Positions 39,156-53,274 of a stretch of DNA of 64,000 bases are shown here, piece after piece. The DNA is taken from assembly GCA_012026655.1 (NCBI GenBank), contig JAAILG010000383.1, positions 1 to 64,000 on the forward strand, written 5' to 3'. Under the pieces are notes generated by a model. It was not told where the DNA came from. It was given only the letters and a program-made list of their open reading frames with translations, and searched no databases. Positions within the stretch are counted from its first letter, which is position 1; each line of letters begins with the position of its first letter. The translations under genes and the position numbers were made by a program. The DNA comes from Hydrolagus affinis. Lineage: Eukaryota.

Positions 39156-39967
39156 TCCACTTCACAGTAAAATCCATTGAAGCTCATTGCAATGTGCTCC
39201 CGACGTGAAAGGAGCTCAATTAAATCCGAGGATTGCTATTGTATACCAGCCGTCTGCAATTAAAATTGGGTTCGCTGCACAGACAAAATCCCAATTCTAC
39301 AATGTATGGCAGAAACTAAACAGGCAAGTCCAATATCAGTTGCACCGCTATAAATATATCCATTTTAAAGTAAAGGGTGATTGTTGCACGGGAGAGGGGA
39401 GCAACGGCGTTCCTGCCTTCAGTGGCTGCTCCCCTGTTATACTGGAACAGCTGCCAAGGCATAGCTTTGAGAAACCTCTGTCATTATTTCATTTCATACA
39501 GAGAACATGGTGAGACCTGGACGAACGTAGCAAATACCTCATTGATTGCGGTGGCGTGTGTGGTAATAGCGATACTAAATTGACTGAGAGAATGTCCCTG
39601 ACTGCCCTCTGCAATGGTGGTCTACCTATTCCTCTTCAACTGCAGTGTGCCCACCCGCCCGCATACTTTCAGGCAGATTACTCCTCTGTACTGTTTCTCG
39701 ATGCGCTACAATCTTTGCCATTCTTAAACTCACTAATGTCAAGTGAAAGTCAATCTTAACTTACTTTTTCGATAACCCTTGTCAGCTGTTAAGAATTTTC
39801 TTTTAATAGGTCTTAAATGAACACCCGTTTCCTTTGTTTCTGCTCAGTAAGGGAAAATTCTAGTCAGTAATATTTGTATTCTGATTAGACGTCTATTTAT
39901 AGTTAAACTGTAATACTTCGCATTCTGCACGGCACCAAAGTTATTCAGGACGCAACTGGTTTCCTTA

Positions 39968-40365
39968 CTACAACAACAAAATTACACTTGTATAGCGCCT
40001 TTCACATTGGAAGGACATCCCAAGGCGCTGGACAGTCAGTGTTTCAGACCTGAGCTGGGGTCGGGATCGGGAAGGGTGGAGGGGGATGGGGAGTGAGCGA
40101 TGGCATGGTCTAAGAAAAGGGTCTTAAAGCGGTACTTGAAGGAGGCCAGGGATGGGGGGGAGGGATTGCAGGATGGAGTTCCAAAGGTCGGGGGCAGAGT
40201 GGCTGAGTAGCTTGCCCGCTGATGGTGGGGCAGGTGGATCAGGGAACGTGGAGCAGGCCAGAGCTCACTAAGTGGAGGGATCGGACAGATTGGTAGCAGG
40301 TTAGGAGGTCACAGAGGTGGGGGTCGGTGGATGGTGGGGCAAGGCCATGGAGGGCTTTGAAAGTG
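39968..40365 (-). mobile_element. L2 3' end
   Basis: Same tail and body as 2338-2780. Confidence 0.75.
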
Positions 40366-43211
40366 AAAACAACAAGAAAGTTTGTGGAGGAACAGGAAAC
40401 CATCAAAGCGAACTCCAGGGCAACGCCTTCCGAACAGAGGCATTTTACACAGATAGGAGCCCAAATGTTGATGGGGGTTTATTTCTGCAGTATGACTGCA
40501 TGCTTGCATTGCCTTTACCATTGGCTTAAAGCAGTAGTTTCCGTTATTCTGTCAAGTGCTTTCCTGTGCCAGCCTGTAACCTGAAGAATTTATGATATGA
40601 CACATCGCCACACATACCAGCCCTAAAAGTTGAAGCCTCATTCAGCTGTTGGACTGACCACTTCACTGCAACAAGTGGTCGACACATTAAAGGTGAGATC
40701 AACCACTAGCCTTTATTAGAGTGATGATTATTCCCAACTTTATTGTTTTACTGCCTAGTTGCATTGCTTCCTGAACCTGTTAGACTGTTGGGTGTAATTG
40801 CTATCTGTCAGACTCTCGCAGTGATTTTCAGATAAAGTTTTCAGTTGGTTAAAAGTAAATTCTGCTGTCTCATGAAAACTGAACATAGAAAAGACTTTGA
40901 TTAATATACTCGCAGGGTTAATGCTTAAGGGCTTTTGTGCTTTGGAATTCTTAATACAATTTCCGTCGTTTTTCATCAATTCTGCTGTAGTTTCAGTGAT
41001 CACGACACAGCAGGCATTCAGTATATCTCTACAAATTTACTCTTGAAAACAAATATGTGTGGCATTCGAAACTCTCAGCATTTTGTTTCAGGGAGCTGCT
41101 GTCAGTATTGATCCAAACGTCCTTCAACGCATTCTGCACCAAAGATCTCTTCAGGAGTTTGCTAGACCTGTGATCTCAGCACAAATTACACTGCACACAA
41201 AACAGTGACAGTTTTCTAATTCAATGTCCTAACGTCTCGTTTAAGAATTGAACAAACACAATTCTCTGTAAGGTTTGGGGATTTTTTTCCAAGAAAGCAT
41301 AATGCAGATCTCTCTAAAATGCAATCACTAAGTAACATTTCGGCTGATATTTTCAGGAAATATTTAATTGAGATGTTCACATTTTCTCTTAGGCATCTTC
41401 TCAATTTAATTTCATATACGTGTGTGTGCATATTTTATATATATATATATTTATATTCAGAAATTAACTTTCTCAAAACCAGACGTATATTCGATGGAAT
41501 TATATACCATTTTGAAGTATGGTTTATAAAAGTTTATTGAAGTTCAGTTTACTTTTCAATATGATGGATTTCTTTCTGTTCCTGCTCCTATTATTATTAC
41601 CAATATTATTATTATTGAGGTGTACCTCGTTAACTTGTAGTTTGCTGAATACTCGACACCTAAAGTGTGTCTTTCGTGACTGCTTACTAAACCACTCGAG
41701 CTCTATCAGTCAGATGGCACTTTGCAACCTCAGGAAAGAAAATTCAGGCCTAAAAGCGTTTCTCTTTGGAACATTCTATACAAATGGTCCATGGCACATT
41801 GCTTCTGATGTCCTGTGTCTATGTGTCTGCTGACTATTTCCTTTTTGGAAACTTAATACAAGTCCTCTTCACCGAAGGAGAAGCATTTGCTTTGAAAAGT
41901 TATGCCAAGGTGGAAAAATTCACACAGTACCATCGCCAGAGGAAAATATGAGTCAGAAAGTGGCAGTGATCACATAACCAAACTGAAACGGGGGGGGGGA
42001 AATACTGAGGAAGCTGATGGCATCAAATCGTAATTCTAGTAATTAGACCAAAGGTGCGAATGCCACACTTTAATGTAATGCATTTGGGTGATGAGGCACG
42101 AACGACTGACTTGCACACACAAAGAATGCTATGGCATGTGTAACATTTGACTCATAGCTGCAACCTGTCTCAGTCTCTGAATAGTGGGTTATGTATCAGG
42201 TCGAGCCATTTGAAATGCACATTCTGACCTAGTGAGATCATTGTCACAAATCCCAAGGAAGCTTTGTGCTTCTTAAACTGGACATCTGTTCACTAGTCAG
42301 CTCTCTGGGGAGAGCAGGGCATTCAATAATCTGAGTTATTATTACATTAGTTGTAACCAGTTATAACATAGTTGTGAAGTTAGTTAGAACAACAACTTGT
42401 ATTTACACACCACCTTTTGTGACAAACGGTCATTGTACAGAGAGGGTGTGGGCGGTAGGGGAATAGGAGAGATTTGATTTATGGTAGACTAAGGCGAATT
42501 TCCAGGTAATTCTACAACTGAGAATGAATCTCCATCAGTACAAACCAACCGAGTTGTGCTTTACTTACACTCCGGTCACGGTGAAATAATCCCATATCAA
42601 TTCTATGCCTGTAGTGTTGAAAAATGATTACGATGAGCTTCTGATAAGTGGCTTGAACCCATAAATTCTAACTCGGAGGTAAGACTGCTGCAAACTGAGC
42701 TGGGTTGACACTCGTTCGCAATCAGTGGGTTACAGTTAAGGTTAATAATTATAATAATCCTTGCATTTGATATAGTGCCTTATCACGCCTTCAAGACATC
42801 TCAAAGCGCTTTACAGAATATACTGTAAAATGAATTGACTTAATATTTTGTGGGCATAACCCATAGAAATAGTAATACATATATTTATATAAACAATCTG
42901 TGAAGAGGGCAGGCTTATTCGACTGCCTAGTTTTTAATCGTGTGCTATCTTCTTTGAACCCAATTACTTTAAAATCTTTTTGGGAGTTATTCATTCAACA
43001 TCAAAGTAAAAAAAAACATCAGGTGAGGAAACTGAGTTTGTTAGCATTGTGGCTGAAAGAGCTTAAAGTGCATTCTGATGTGGCTGTTGTACTGCAGTGT
43101 CATTATATTATTTTAGGATCCTGCAAAATTCCACAAACACTTCTTGAAAGTTTAACCTCTGCTTCATGCCTCGCTGAGGAGATTAATAAATTGGATGAAG
43201 TTCAAGATTGG

Positions 43212-43213
<2 letters not shown>

Positions 43214-43244
<31 letters not shown>
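43214..43244. repeat. (CA)n microsatellite
   Basis: Direct observation. Confidence 0.9.
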
Positions 43245-43249
<5 letters not shown>

Positions 43250-45414
43250 AGCTTTTCAGTGGATTAAATATGGATGCAAACTTAGTCGAAGTACACTTAG
43301 ACAAAGTAGGCCATTTGTTTTTGGCTGAGAAATGGCCCCAAAACTCCAGCCACAAATCTGCCTTTGAAGTCTCTTAGTCTTCCTTATAAGTAATCCTTGT
43401 ATTTGATATAGTGTCTTTCATTTTTTTTACACATTTTTGCCCACAAAATATGCAGTTAATCCACTTCATAGTATATAATGTGAAGGATTTTGACCCGTGT
43501 CAAAGACATAATAACGCACTATATGAAACTCAAGGATTATCATTATTATTATTATTCATGTATGGAAGTCATGTCAAAGCACTTCACAGTATAGTAGTGT
43601 TGGTTAATGAGGCAAGGAATTTGAACCCAGCAATGTCCCACAAAGGGCTGTGAAGCAAATTATCGATTTGATTTGGGGAATTATTGGCAGGACACCGGGA
43701 GAAACTTCCTTTTCTCTTCGAGTCACGCAATGAGCCCACCCATCTAAACAGGCAGAGAGGACCTTGTCTAATCTGTGCGACCTCACCGGCCTTGCACTGG
43801 TGTGTCAGTTTAAACTGTGCGATTCCAAGTCCTGGGTTACTGTGGAGTAATTATTAGTATGGCACTTAGTGAGAGGAAGAGACGTGGAGAAAACTCCCAC
43901 TGATCAATTACAGTGTGGTATTGGCGGAGCCGTGGAAACGGATCGTTTGCTGCCCTCCTCCCAGGCCCAAACTGTGTGGAGCACCATAACTAAAGAGATC
44001 GGAAAACCAATATAAGATTGGGCAGGATAGAACTTGCAAAAGTTTGGAGCCACACAGAAAATTGTTGGAGAACTTTGCGACTGAAGTTCGGCATTAACAG
44101 TTGCCAGTGTTCATGCAATCCAGAACTTTGATTTTTAGCTGATGATTTTTTTTAAAACACACTTGATATGAAGTGAATTTAAATGTAAAGACACATTTCA
44201 TAAATCAACCGTTTTTTTTTAGAAAGACAAACTTGAAATACTTTGAAACCCTTTAGTTCTCTTGTTCATTTCGTGCCTTGTTCATCACCTCTTTCCTTAG
44301 AGATGTTGACGGTGATCTCAAGCGTTCCATTTCTTAATTGTGCCATTTGCAGTCCCCTTGCAGAACAGAACACTCCAACTATAATTACTGGGAAGAAAGT
44401 CGTCAACTGTAAAATTATAATGAGTGTGTGTCGTAAACATGTAAGACATGGAAGGAAGCTCTCGTTATCAAACTGCAGTTTTATAAAAACTAGAGACTGC
44501 AGTACCTTACAACAATTGTGTGTTTAATTTTATAACAATGTCTGAATTGATGTCCTCCTGATGTGCAATTTATCATATCAAATGCTGGGGATTATTATTA
44601 TTATTGCAAACACATTCATGTAGTTTATTTATATACTGTGCTTTCAACAGGAGATTTAGTACAAAACTGCACTGACTGACAAGCGATTTAAACCTGTGAG
44701 AGTTCTCTTGGATGATACTATATTCAAGAGAAAGATGTTATTGTTGCTGGTTTAAATACCATGACAATGTGTTGCTCATTAGCGAATACTTAGGCCTGGT
44801 CTTTTCACAGCCAACGCTCTCTTTTTAAATCTCAAACGATTTCAGAGTCAAAGAAAACAACAAAACATTGGAAAGAAAAATGTAATAAATAAACATTAGC
44901 AGGTAAATAGGGGTGGGTGGGGGGGTGGGGCAGGGGGGGGAGTAAATGATACCAAGTCTAAAAGTCTAGAAACATGCTATAACTCACAATGTCATTCATC
45001 TGCTGCTACTAATTTACAAAATATACAAACCCGCAGTGAGAGCAAACAAGCTGATTGACGTGACGCCAAAGCATTCAAATCTGATTTCCGAGAAAAGTCA
45101 TTTACTAATTGCATCCGACTGGCACTACATGTGCTGCAGTGGGAAACAGCTGCCGAGCCAAAGAAAAGCAAAGCAAATTTGAACCTCCTGCAGAAAACAC
45201 TAGGATGAATTTGGCCAGTGATTCGTGCACCTGCAACGGTAGGGAGTTTGGTGAAGTTGCTTAGAAGATTTTGGGGGATATTTGTAAATAACCTAATACA
45301 TCGTTCATTGATGAAATTAAAATGAACCAACCAGCCAGTGGCCAGGACTGAACGCCATGTTGTTAGGAGTTTTGAAGCATTCGATTTACCAAGAAGAGAC
45401 AATTGCCTTCACCA

Positions 45415-45458
45415 ATGCTAGCGGATCCTTCAGCTGATCTGCACCATTTAGAGAAAAG
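45415..45458 (+). CDS. PALMD: Candidate alternative upstream first coding exon of PALMD (MLADPSADLHHLEK-R)
   Basis: ATG at 45415, in-frame TGA upstream at 45373-45375, strong donor AAG|gtaaga; the phase-2 end AG joins the single A at 53274 to give AGA-ATG, in frame with MEEAELL. Confidence 0.5.
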
Positions 45459-47689
45459 GTAAGACCAAACGCATTTCTTGCCTGATGCAAGTGACTTCCT
45501 TCTTTCGACTCCACTCGTTCTGTGGTCTATCACTTTTCAATTCAGGCATCAAAAATGTACTTTTGTTAAAAAGCTGGCATCACAAATTGCTTATTTATAT
45601 CTAAGCAAGCCAGATAAAGACAAAAAAAAGGGGCATTGTTATTTATGTCTTCTGATAATCTTGTAATGCCTTTAATCTTGTTACTATGTCAGCCTTAAGA
45701 TCTGGCAGCTGGGTTTCATGTTTTGCACCAGGGGCCCCAAGACTAATGTTGATCGTACAGAAATACGACCATATTATAGGCACAAAAGAAATGTTGTATT
45801 TATAATATGTTTGGCTTTGAGGAAGGTGAGTTGAGAAGTTTGCACCAGTGGCTATTTTACTGCAAGTGTGTTCAGTGCCAATTTCCACAGGCGCTGTACT
45901 GATGCAGAATTATATCTCCTAATTGCAGCGCAGGGTATGGTTTCACAAATACCTACTATAACTTAAGACTGACACAGTGTTACTTTTGAGGAAATAGATT
46001 AAAGGTAAAAGCTCGTCAACAGCAGCCAAAATTACTCAGACACAGTACAAATAATGCCCTCAAGCCATATTGCACAAAATATGCACACGTCAAATTATTG
46101 CTATCGTGCTGTCTATCAAGGTGCCCTCGTCTTTATAAGTTTCATAAGGAACAAAAAACAATACCCACTTCTCTGAGCGAGACTGACAAATTGGACTGAT
46201 TTGAGTTGTTGAACCATTGTGGAACTTCACTAGAATGTAGTACCCTTTAGAGAGAGAGATTTATCCCAGCTATTGCTGGTCCCAGTGAGGATCAACATTC
46301 AGCATGTATGCCATAAATATTTAAGTCTAACAAATCTGAAATTAGAATGATGCATAGAATATAATTGCAATGTTTTTGCACGCGGTTAAGAATACAGTAA
46401 AGTAGCTTGAAACAATATATCACCAGTTTCTAAAGCATAAAAATAGATTATTGTGAACAATATTTTAACAAGAGTCATGGTGAGTGAACCCAACTAACTG
46501 GTGATACAGTAAAGCTTCACTGGGCTTTCCATGACTGATAAGTTTATTTGTCAGGCAGTTTTCTTTGATAAAACCACACAGCAGCCTGTAAGCTGCTGTA
46601 CTTCCTTAAAATTCATCTTGTCAAAAGGTTATGGCACAGATTTTTGACAACATTATTTATTGTTTTTAAATTCAGATATACAGTTTTACATACACATGCT
46701 TTCAGAAACATTAACTTTGCTCGTGTTGAAATTAGTTGGATTTTTTTACATTCCCCCCAACGGTTATTTCACGTCCAGAATCCAAATGGCCGATGACAGA
46801 TTTTACTGTATTAACTGTGGATGATCAGATTAGTAGAGACAGATTGTTCTAAAGAACATACATGTACGTTGAGCAGAGAGAGAGAGAGAGAGCAAAAAAT
46901 ACTTCAGAACTATCAGTGAATGAAATAATAGTCACTCAGAACTCACTGTAGCAGACTGGTAAAGAGTAGCTCAATGCATATTGGGCTAAATCTACGACAT
47001 AAATTTTTGTTGTTGCAATTGCTATCTCAAAATGCAAGGATTATTATTAGTAATAATAGTATTAATATACTACTGTACTAACTACTACTAACTATAGATA
47101 AAGAATGTACTGTTGTACAGCATTGTGAACAGCCTACATATAATGCAAAATCCTTGCCATCAGTGAGGACAGAGTTTGTTCCAATAGATTAGGGTATTAA
47201 GGACCTGAGCAGATTAGTTTATACACAAACCATCAAGACGAGAGCAAAGTTATATCAAATTTAAGGATAGGTGCATCAAAAAGATATTTAACTGAAGGCA
47301 GCAGAAAATAATCCATTTAAGAAATGACAAATAATAAGAGAAATTCTACGTATCTTTGTGTACAGTTCAATATAACACCATTTTTTTTCAAGATATGTTG
47401 CATTTCAATCAGGGCTGAGTATGATTAGTGTAATCACCCGTTTTTGCTTTGATCAGGATTCCACATAAGTATAGGAGTGAATGAGAATTGTACCTTCACA
47501 TATGTTGGAGTTAGAACAAGTAATTGCACTGTTTTAGCTGCAGAATTCTGAGGGATCTTGTCAAACTGAATGAAATAATCAAAACTCTCTAGGATTTTAT
47601 TTTATTATAAAATAAAATTTCTTGTTCTATTTTAAGGGATGCCTCTCTAATAAAGTGATATTTAGGATCACTCTGTCCCTTTTATAATA

Positions 47690-47965
47690 ATTCCTTCAAA
47701 ATAATTATTAAAAATAAATTGGTCACTCAATTCACGACTGTTTGTAGGACACTGCTGTGTGCAACTGGCTGCTGCGTTTCGCCCACAAAATATACAACAA
47801 CAACAACAAATTACATTTATAGAGCGCCTTTCACGTCGGGAGGACGTCCCAAGGCGCTGAAAATACAGTCAATTCGCTTTACATTATATTCTGTGAAGCG
47901 CTTTGAGATGTCTTGAAGACATGATAAGGAGCTATATCAAATACAAGGATTCTGATTCTTATTAC
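47690..47965 (+). mobile_element. SINE 3' part hosting an L2 tail insertion
   Basis: Family body interrupted at ~47795-47858. Confidence 0.85.
47795..47858 (-). mobile_element. Ultra-short L2 tail nested in a SINE
   Basis: Identical to the tail at 37662-37723; interrupts the SINE body between cccacaaaatat and acagtcaattc. Confidence 0.8.
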
Positions 47966-48854
47966 TGTATAACGAGCTGGAGTCCTATCATGCCAAATCC
48001 TACCGACTTGAATTTCAAGTTGTTCTGTTGGTAATCTCTATCCTAGCTATATGGTGCCTTGCTTTTCATTGTCCTCCTTTAAACATAATCTTTGAAGTAT
48101 CTATCTCATATAAGCGCTGGGGGGTCAAGGTAGAAGATTTTTTTTAATGACATCGAGATAATTCAGAGCTCCCAATCTTGTATCTCTCAGTAACTGGCAA
48201 AGGACAAGTAGCCTAAATGACAAAGATCTCATTATACTAGTGGATATTCCCGGGGTTATAAATCACTAACTTGCGCTACTTGTTTTCCATTTCGAATTAA
48301 ACTCAAGAAGCATTACCAGCACTGCAGAGCTTCAACCTTTCTTGTTACTTGTTTTCACCCCGGATATGTTGTGCATTGCTAAGCCTTGGCCCTTTTTAAC
48401 TGAAATTCTTCACAGGTATAAAAATGCAACAACAAAAAAAGACTATGGTGCTGATGGCTTCTGGATGAGAGCTAGTTTGGTGAAGCCCTGTGGGAGAGTG
48501 CAACATATCGTATTCTAAGTGCTATCATAGCATAGCCTCACACTGCATATGTCTAAACATGGTTCAGAATGTAGTTATCCATGCTGTCTGGAGAACTCGG
48601 TTGCCTGCTTGGTGAGGAAGCTTGACAGTCGTTAAACAATATGGATAGACTCTAGCGATTTTGACAGCTTTGGATTTCCTTCTGTTGCTCACATTACAAT
48701 CTGCAGCTCTCAGTGTTGCAAAACTAACAACAGCAGAATTTACTTGGATGAAGTGAGGGTGTGAATGTGCAAAACCCAAAATTGGGCTAAGCCTAAACCG
48801 AAAATGTAAGTGATTAAAAGGATCTGGACTGCCCAAGCCCTACACTGTAGGCTT

Positions 48855-49330
48855 TGACGTTGTAGCTCAGCGGTTAGAGCACTCGCATTACAAAATTATA
48901 TATTTTAAAAATTCATGACTGTTTGTGGGACACTGCTGTGTGCAATTGGCTGCCACGTTTCACCCACAGTATATTCTGTAAAGCACTTCGAGACGTCTAA
49001 AAGATGTGAAAATGCAAGGATGATTATTATTATTAAAATCAATCACTTTGTTAATCCACGTATGAAACACCCTTATGTACAAAGAAACCATGTGGTCAAC
49101 ATTTTTACCCACATCATTGCTGATCGGCAGGCCCTTTAGCATCTGGCTTAATGCAAAGTAATTTTCACTGTGGTCCCTGAGTAAAAGTGGGGGTTAATCG
49201 TTTTCACAGCTGGGACTGCCCACAAAATATACAGTCAATTCATTTTACAGTATATTCTGTGAAGCGCTTTGAGACTTCTCGAAGATGTGATAAGGTGCTA
49301 TATCGAATGCAAAGATTATTTTTATTATTG
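48855..49330 (+). mobile_element. Two SINE fragments
   Basis: Internally deleted copy ~48855-49035 and 3' fragment ~49218-49330. Confidence 0.8.
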
Positions 49331-50501
49331 CTGTGTTAATTTTGTTTGTATGAGTTTACCCACACATCAGAATAGGTATCAAAGAGCAAAACAATAGCAA
49401 CAACTTGCATTTATATAGTATCCTTCATACCAGACAGTGTCTTGGCAGTACCTAATTGGTAATGGATCAGAAAGTATTCATTTGTTTAATGTCTAAGATA
49501 GATCCAGCAGGTGTACAAATAAACACTTTGTGAGTGGGATCTTTTATGAATGTTTAGCACAATGCACACGTATTATAGGGATTATATTAAACAGCATTCC
49601 TATCACACAAAATAATCCTACATCCACATGCTTTACATATTGCTTGGCAGTGAAATGGGTTAAGGCTCATTGTTTTCATTGTTGAATCTTCATTCGTACA
49701 CCTTTGCACCAAACAATCTTCATGCAATAGTTTTCTTTCAATATGTTTCAATTCATAAATTCCATCTTTTCATAGATAGATAGGTCTGAATCCCAAATTT
49801 AAGAGATATCCACATTGCTTTGGGTCAGAATCAAGATGCTCTTGAAAATATTTAATCAGATAACAATACTGAAATCTCCAATGTTTTAAAATCCCTATTT
49901 ATTACCCTCCAATGTTGGCTGCTATACATAGATTGCAAGAAGCAGCTGTCACAAACTCTCTGTTTCGGTATCATGACTATATTACAGGCAACTTCCCCTG
50001 ATCTTCAAGGATAATAAGGTCTTCAAAGCAGACATGAAGACAGCTGGCATCAAACAGTCTATACCATATGTGACCCAGTGTTATAAGAACAGCTAATGTT
50101 GACTTATTTAGCAAGTTAGCTACAGCACAGTGACCCAACAGCAGGTGGACTATAAAATATGCATGTTTTAGATTTAATACTGATATCTCTCTGTAGTCTC
50201 ACTGTGAACTTCACATCACCACAAAAGTACAAAGGATCTGTTTAATATTTTGCACATTATATACCGATAAACCCATGAATTTATGCCCATAATTTTGAAC
50301 AGATTTCGTGAATCTTTCCCAACAATTTTTGATTTCTAATTCATGCAGAACTTCGGCAATATAATGTTCCTAAATTATAAACATACTGCTGAACTTTCGA
50401 TGAATTTCTTTACTGTATAAATAATTCCTGCAATCATTAATGACTTATTCAATAAAGTGAAGTCGGAAGTCATAAATTATAGATTCTGAAGGCATTCTAA
50501 A

Positions 50502-50796
50502 CATCCTTGCATTTGATATAGCATTTTTCACGTATTCTAGACGTCTCAAAGCGCCTCACAGAATAAAGTGAATTGACTGTACATTTGTGGGCGAAACACA
50601 GGAGCCAATTATGCACAGCAGTGTCCCACAAACAGTCGTGGATTGAAGTGACCAATTTATTGGGGGGTTTTTGGTGCAGTATTATTATCAGGTGTGTGGA
50701 GTAAAGAAACTTGCCCAGGGTTTTACCCTGCCGGGAATTGAACCCAGGTCTCTCGCTTGCAAGGCGAGTGCTCTAACCACTGAGCTATAGGACTCC
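50502..50796 (-). mobile_element. tRNA-derived SINE, full length
   Basis: Complete head (gagctataggactcc) through tail. Confidence 0.92.
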
Positions 50797-51587
50797 ACTA
50801 ATCGTCATTGTTCATGATTGAATTCAACTTTTGAAATGCTTCCTGTTTTTCAGTGAATGCAACAGAAATTCACAAAACAAACAGGGAACTCACAGCCACT
50901 ACTGAACTCAAACCCCATCTGGATATTAACTTTTCATTTAAAAAGACACACTTTGTTCATGTCAAGATGGAAGTGAAACATGCCTTAGAATATGTGGACC
51001 TCTAGTCGTGATCTGGTATCACCATTGCCTTTGGGTCGGTAGGTTTTGGGTTCAAGATTAATTTTACGACTTGAAGTTGACAGTGCCGGGTTACACGATC
51101 CCATGACGGTATTCTAAAAGAGAGCGGTTTCCTTTGGTTTCCTGACCAACAATCTCCCAGACAAATTAGTCGTTTACTTCATGGCTGTTTGTGGGATGTT
51201 GATGGTCTATAAAGCGGATGTTGTCCTTATCTACCTACACAAAGTCGCCACAGTGGGCAACGATTACTGCTGAAATCCTTTGAATGATTTGGTGCTGTAT
51301 GTGAAAAGTAGGAATGAATAGGAATACTATTTAAAATGGGCAGAGATTAACTTTATTAAATGCCCTGTATCTGGAAATCATTCCAGATTCAAGGCAATGG
51401 TTTCCTGAGTGATTGTTCATCGTCTTTCGATCCGAATGGCAGCTTATGTATTTCCAGTGACAGACCAGATGGAATGACAGTAGTCGAGCGATCTCGTGCG
51501 TTGGCTCCAGAGAGGAAAGGTTAATCCGCGTTGACAAGAACAGACGAGGGGGATCTGTGCTGTCCTAACCCATCCTGCAGGAAACCG

Positions 51588-51782
51588 CTAATAATAATAA
51601 TAATAATGATGATAATCCTTGCATTTGATATGGCACTTTTCACGTCTTCTGGACATCTCAAAGTGCTTCACAGAATACACTGTGAAGTGAATTGACTGTA
51701 TACATGTGTGCGAAACGCGGCAGTCAATTGTGCACAACAGTGTCCCACTAACAGTCGTGGATTGAAATGACCAATTTATTAA
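51588..51782 (-). mobile_element. SINE 3' half
   Basis: Family body and (TAA)n tail. Confidence 0.85.
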
Positions 51783-53274
51783 ATAAATATAATCACAGCT
51801 GTGTGAGCAGCATGCATTCGAGATCAGGTGGATAAGGATGCCTCTCTATCTTTCTCTCCTCACGTCCCCTGCCGGACACAACTGATTCCAGTTCCAGCCC
51901 TCCACAGCTCGAGGTAGGAAGTATATACTATCTGTTGATCACTTATCTTTGCACCAGCTTAATGCAAGCAATGACTACAGCTGGATTTACATATAAAACA
52001 TAAGGTGTCAACATCATGACCTAGCAAGCGAAAATCAATCAAGCAGCTTTTTTAAAAGTCTTATAAAGTTATAATTTGCGTTTAATAAAAACTTCTAACC
52101 TGACTGTGCTGGCGTGCAATTCCTTGCCAATCCCTCCTATTCTGTCTAAATGACCTTTCTTCACATGTGACCCCCAGGCAGTGAGTTTAACAGAAGAAGT
52201 ATTAATTCTCTAGTATCTTAAATGAGTTAAGAATTAAAAATATAGGGTGAGACCTATAAGGAATTTATCCCCTTTGCAATTTACAAGCAGACTTGTAGCT
52301 TTAATCGTCTGAGCTGCAGAGCCCCGAATAGCGTTGGCCTATTCCACAAAGTGTTTCCAAAGCGATTTTTAAAACAAACTTTCCAAAATATACCTTTCTA
52401 CTTATCCAACCTTGATTCTGATTTGGGCTTACTTTAAGTAGGGGAAAGAAATGGTCACAGGATTTTGGTTCAACATTTTTAATAGATTATTGAATTGCCT
52501 TTTATATCACCGCAGACGTCACATCAGGAAATGGCTGAAATTTTTGACTAAATGCTGCAGTGCTCAACAATGTCCCAGATAAAAGTGGACACTGACTTCA
52601 TGGCTGTTTGTGGGATATTGCTATGTGCAAAAATACACAGTCACTACAATGACTAAACAGTAAATCCTGTAACGCTCTTTGAGATGCCATTGTGATGTGA
52701 AAAGTTCTATATTAAATAAGGATTATTATCATTAATATATCAAGATGACATGAAATAAAGATTTTACTTAGAATTGTTTTTGCTAATGAGTAGTTTGTAA
52801 AGATACCTGACTGAGTTCAAATTCCTAAGACATATCATATGACCTTATTTCACAAAGGTTTTCTTCGTACAGCTGTACTTTGTTGTGTGTTTGCAGTACA
52901 TCAACGCCCCTAATCGCTTTAAGGGATCAGTGTTAGCGATTTAAGCTGTTGTGTTTGCAAAGCATGTCAGTGGCTGCCTTACTTCACTGCGTGTAACAAT
53001 CTTACGCCCAAGGAATTCTCAGTCAAAGAGAACAGACAACCTGTCACTCAAACATGACAGTCTTGCCAGAAATGTGCACCCCCACCTCCCCCCCACCTCC
53101 CATCACATGTGCTGCCTCACTCAGGCCAGCCCGATCATCTGCTGCGAGGCCGTTCTAACAATCCAGGAATATTGTTCGCTGCCCAGCTCAGCAGCAGTAT
53201 GTTCCAGCATTGACTTCTCCTTCTGCTGCCCAAGCTCTTCACCCTCGCTCTTCTCTTTCTGTTTTGCTTTTAGA

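Larger units (their letters stand above)
22005..41792 (-). pseudogene. Candidate unprocessed multi-exon pseudogene B, unidentified protein
   Basis: Exon-like segments 41792-41626, 41167-40752, 40580-40519, ~38470-38000, 35030-34813, 33990-33855, 32690-32621, 32367-32191, from 31193, ~30500-30191, 29560-29360, 26840-26617, 25478-25366, from 24707, 24470-23581, 22238-22005; mostly strong AG/GT sites and phase-compatible runs, with stops and frameshifts. Confidence 0.5.

Noticed and set aside
41865-41905. Penelope-associated hammerhead ribozyme
   Set aside because: Only a vague resemblance; the CTGANGA and GAAA catalytic core with flanking stems is not intact
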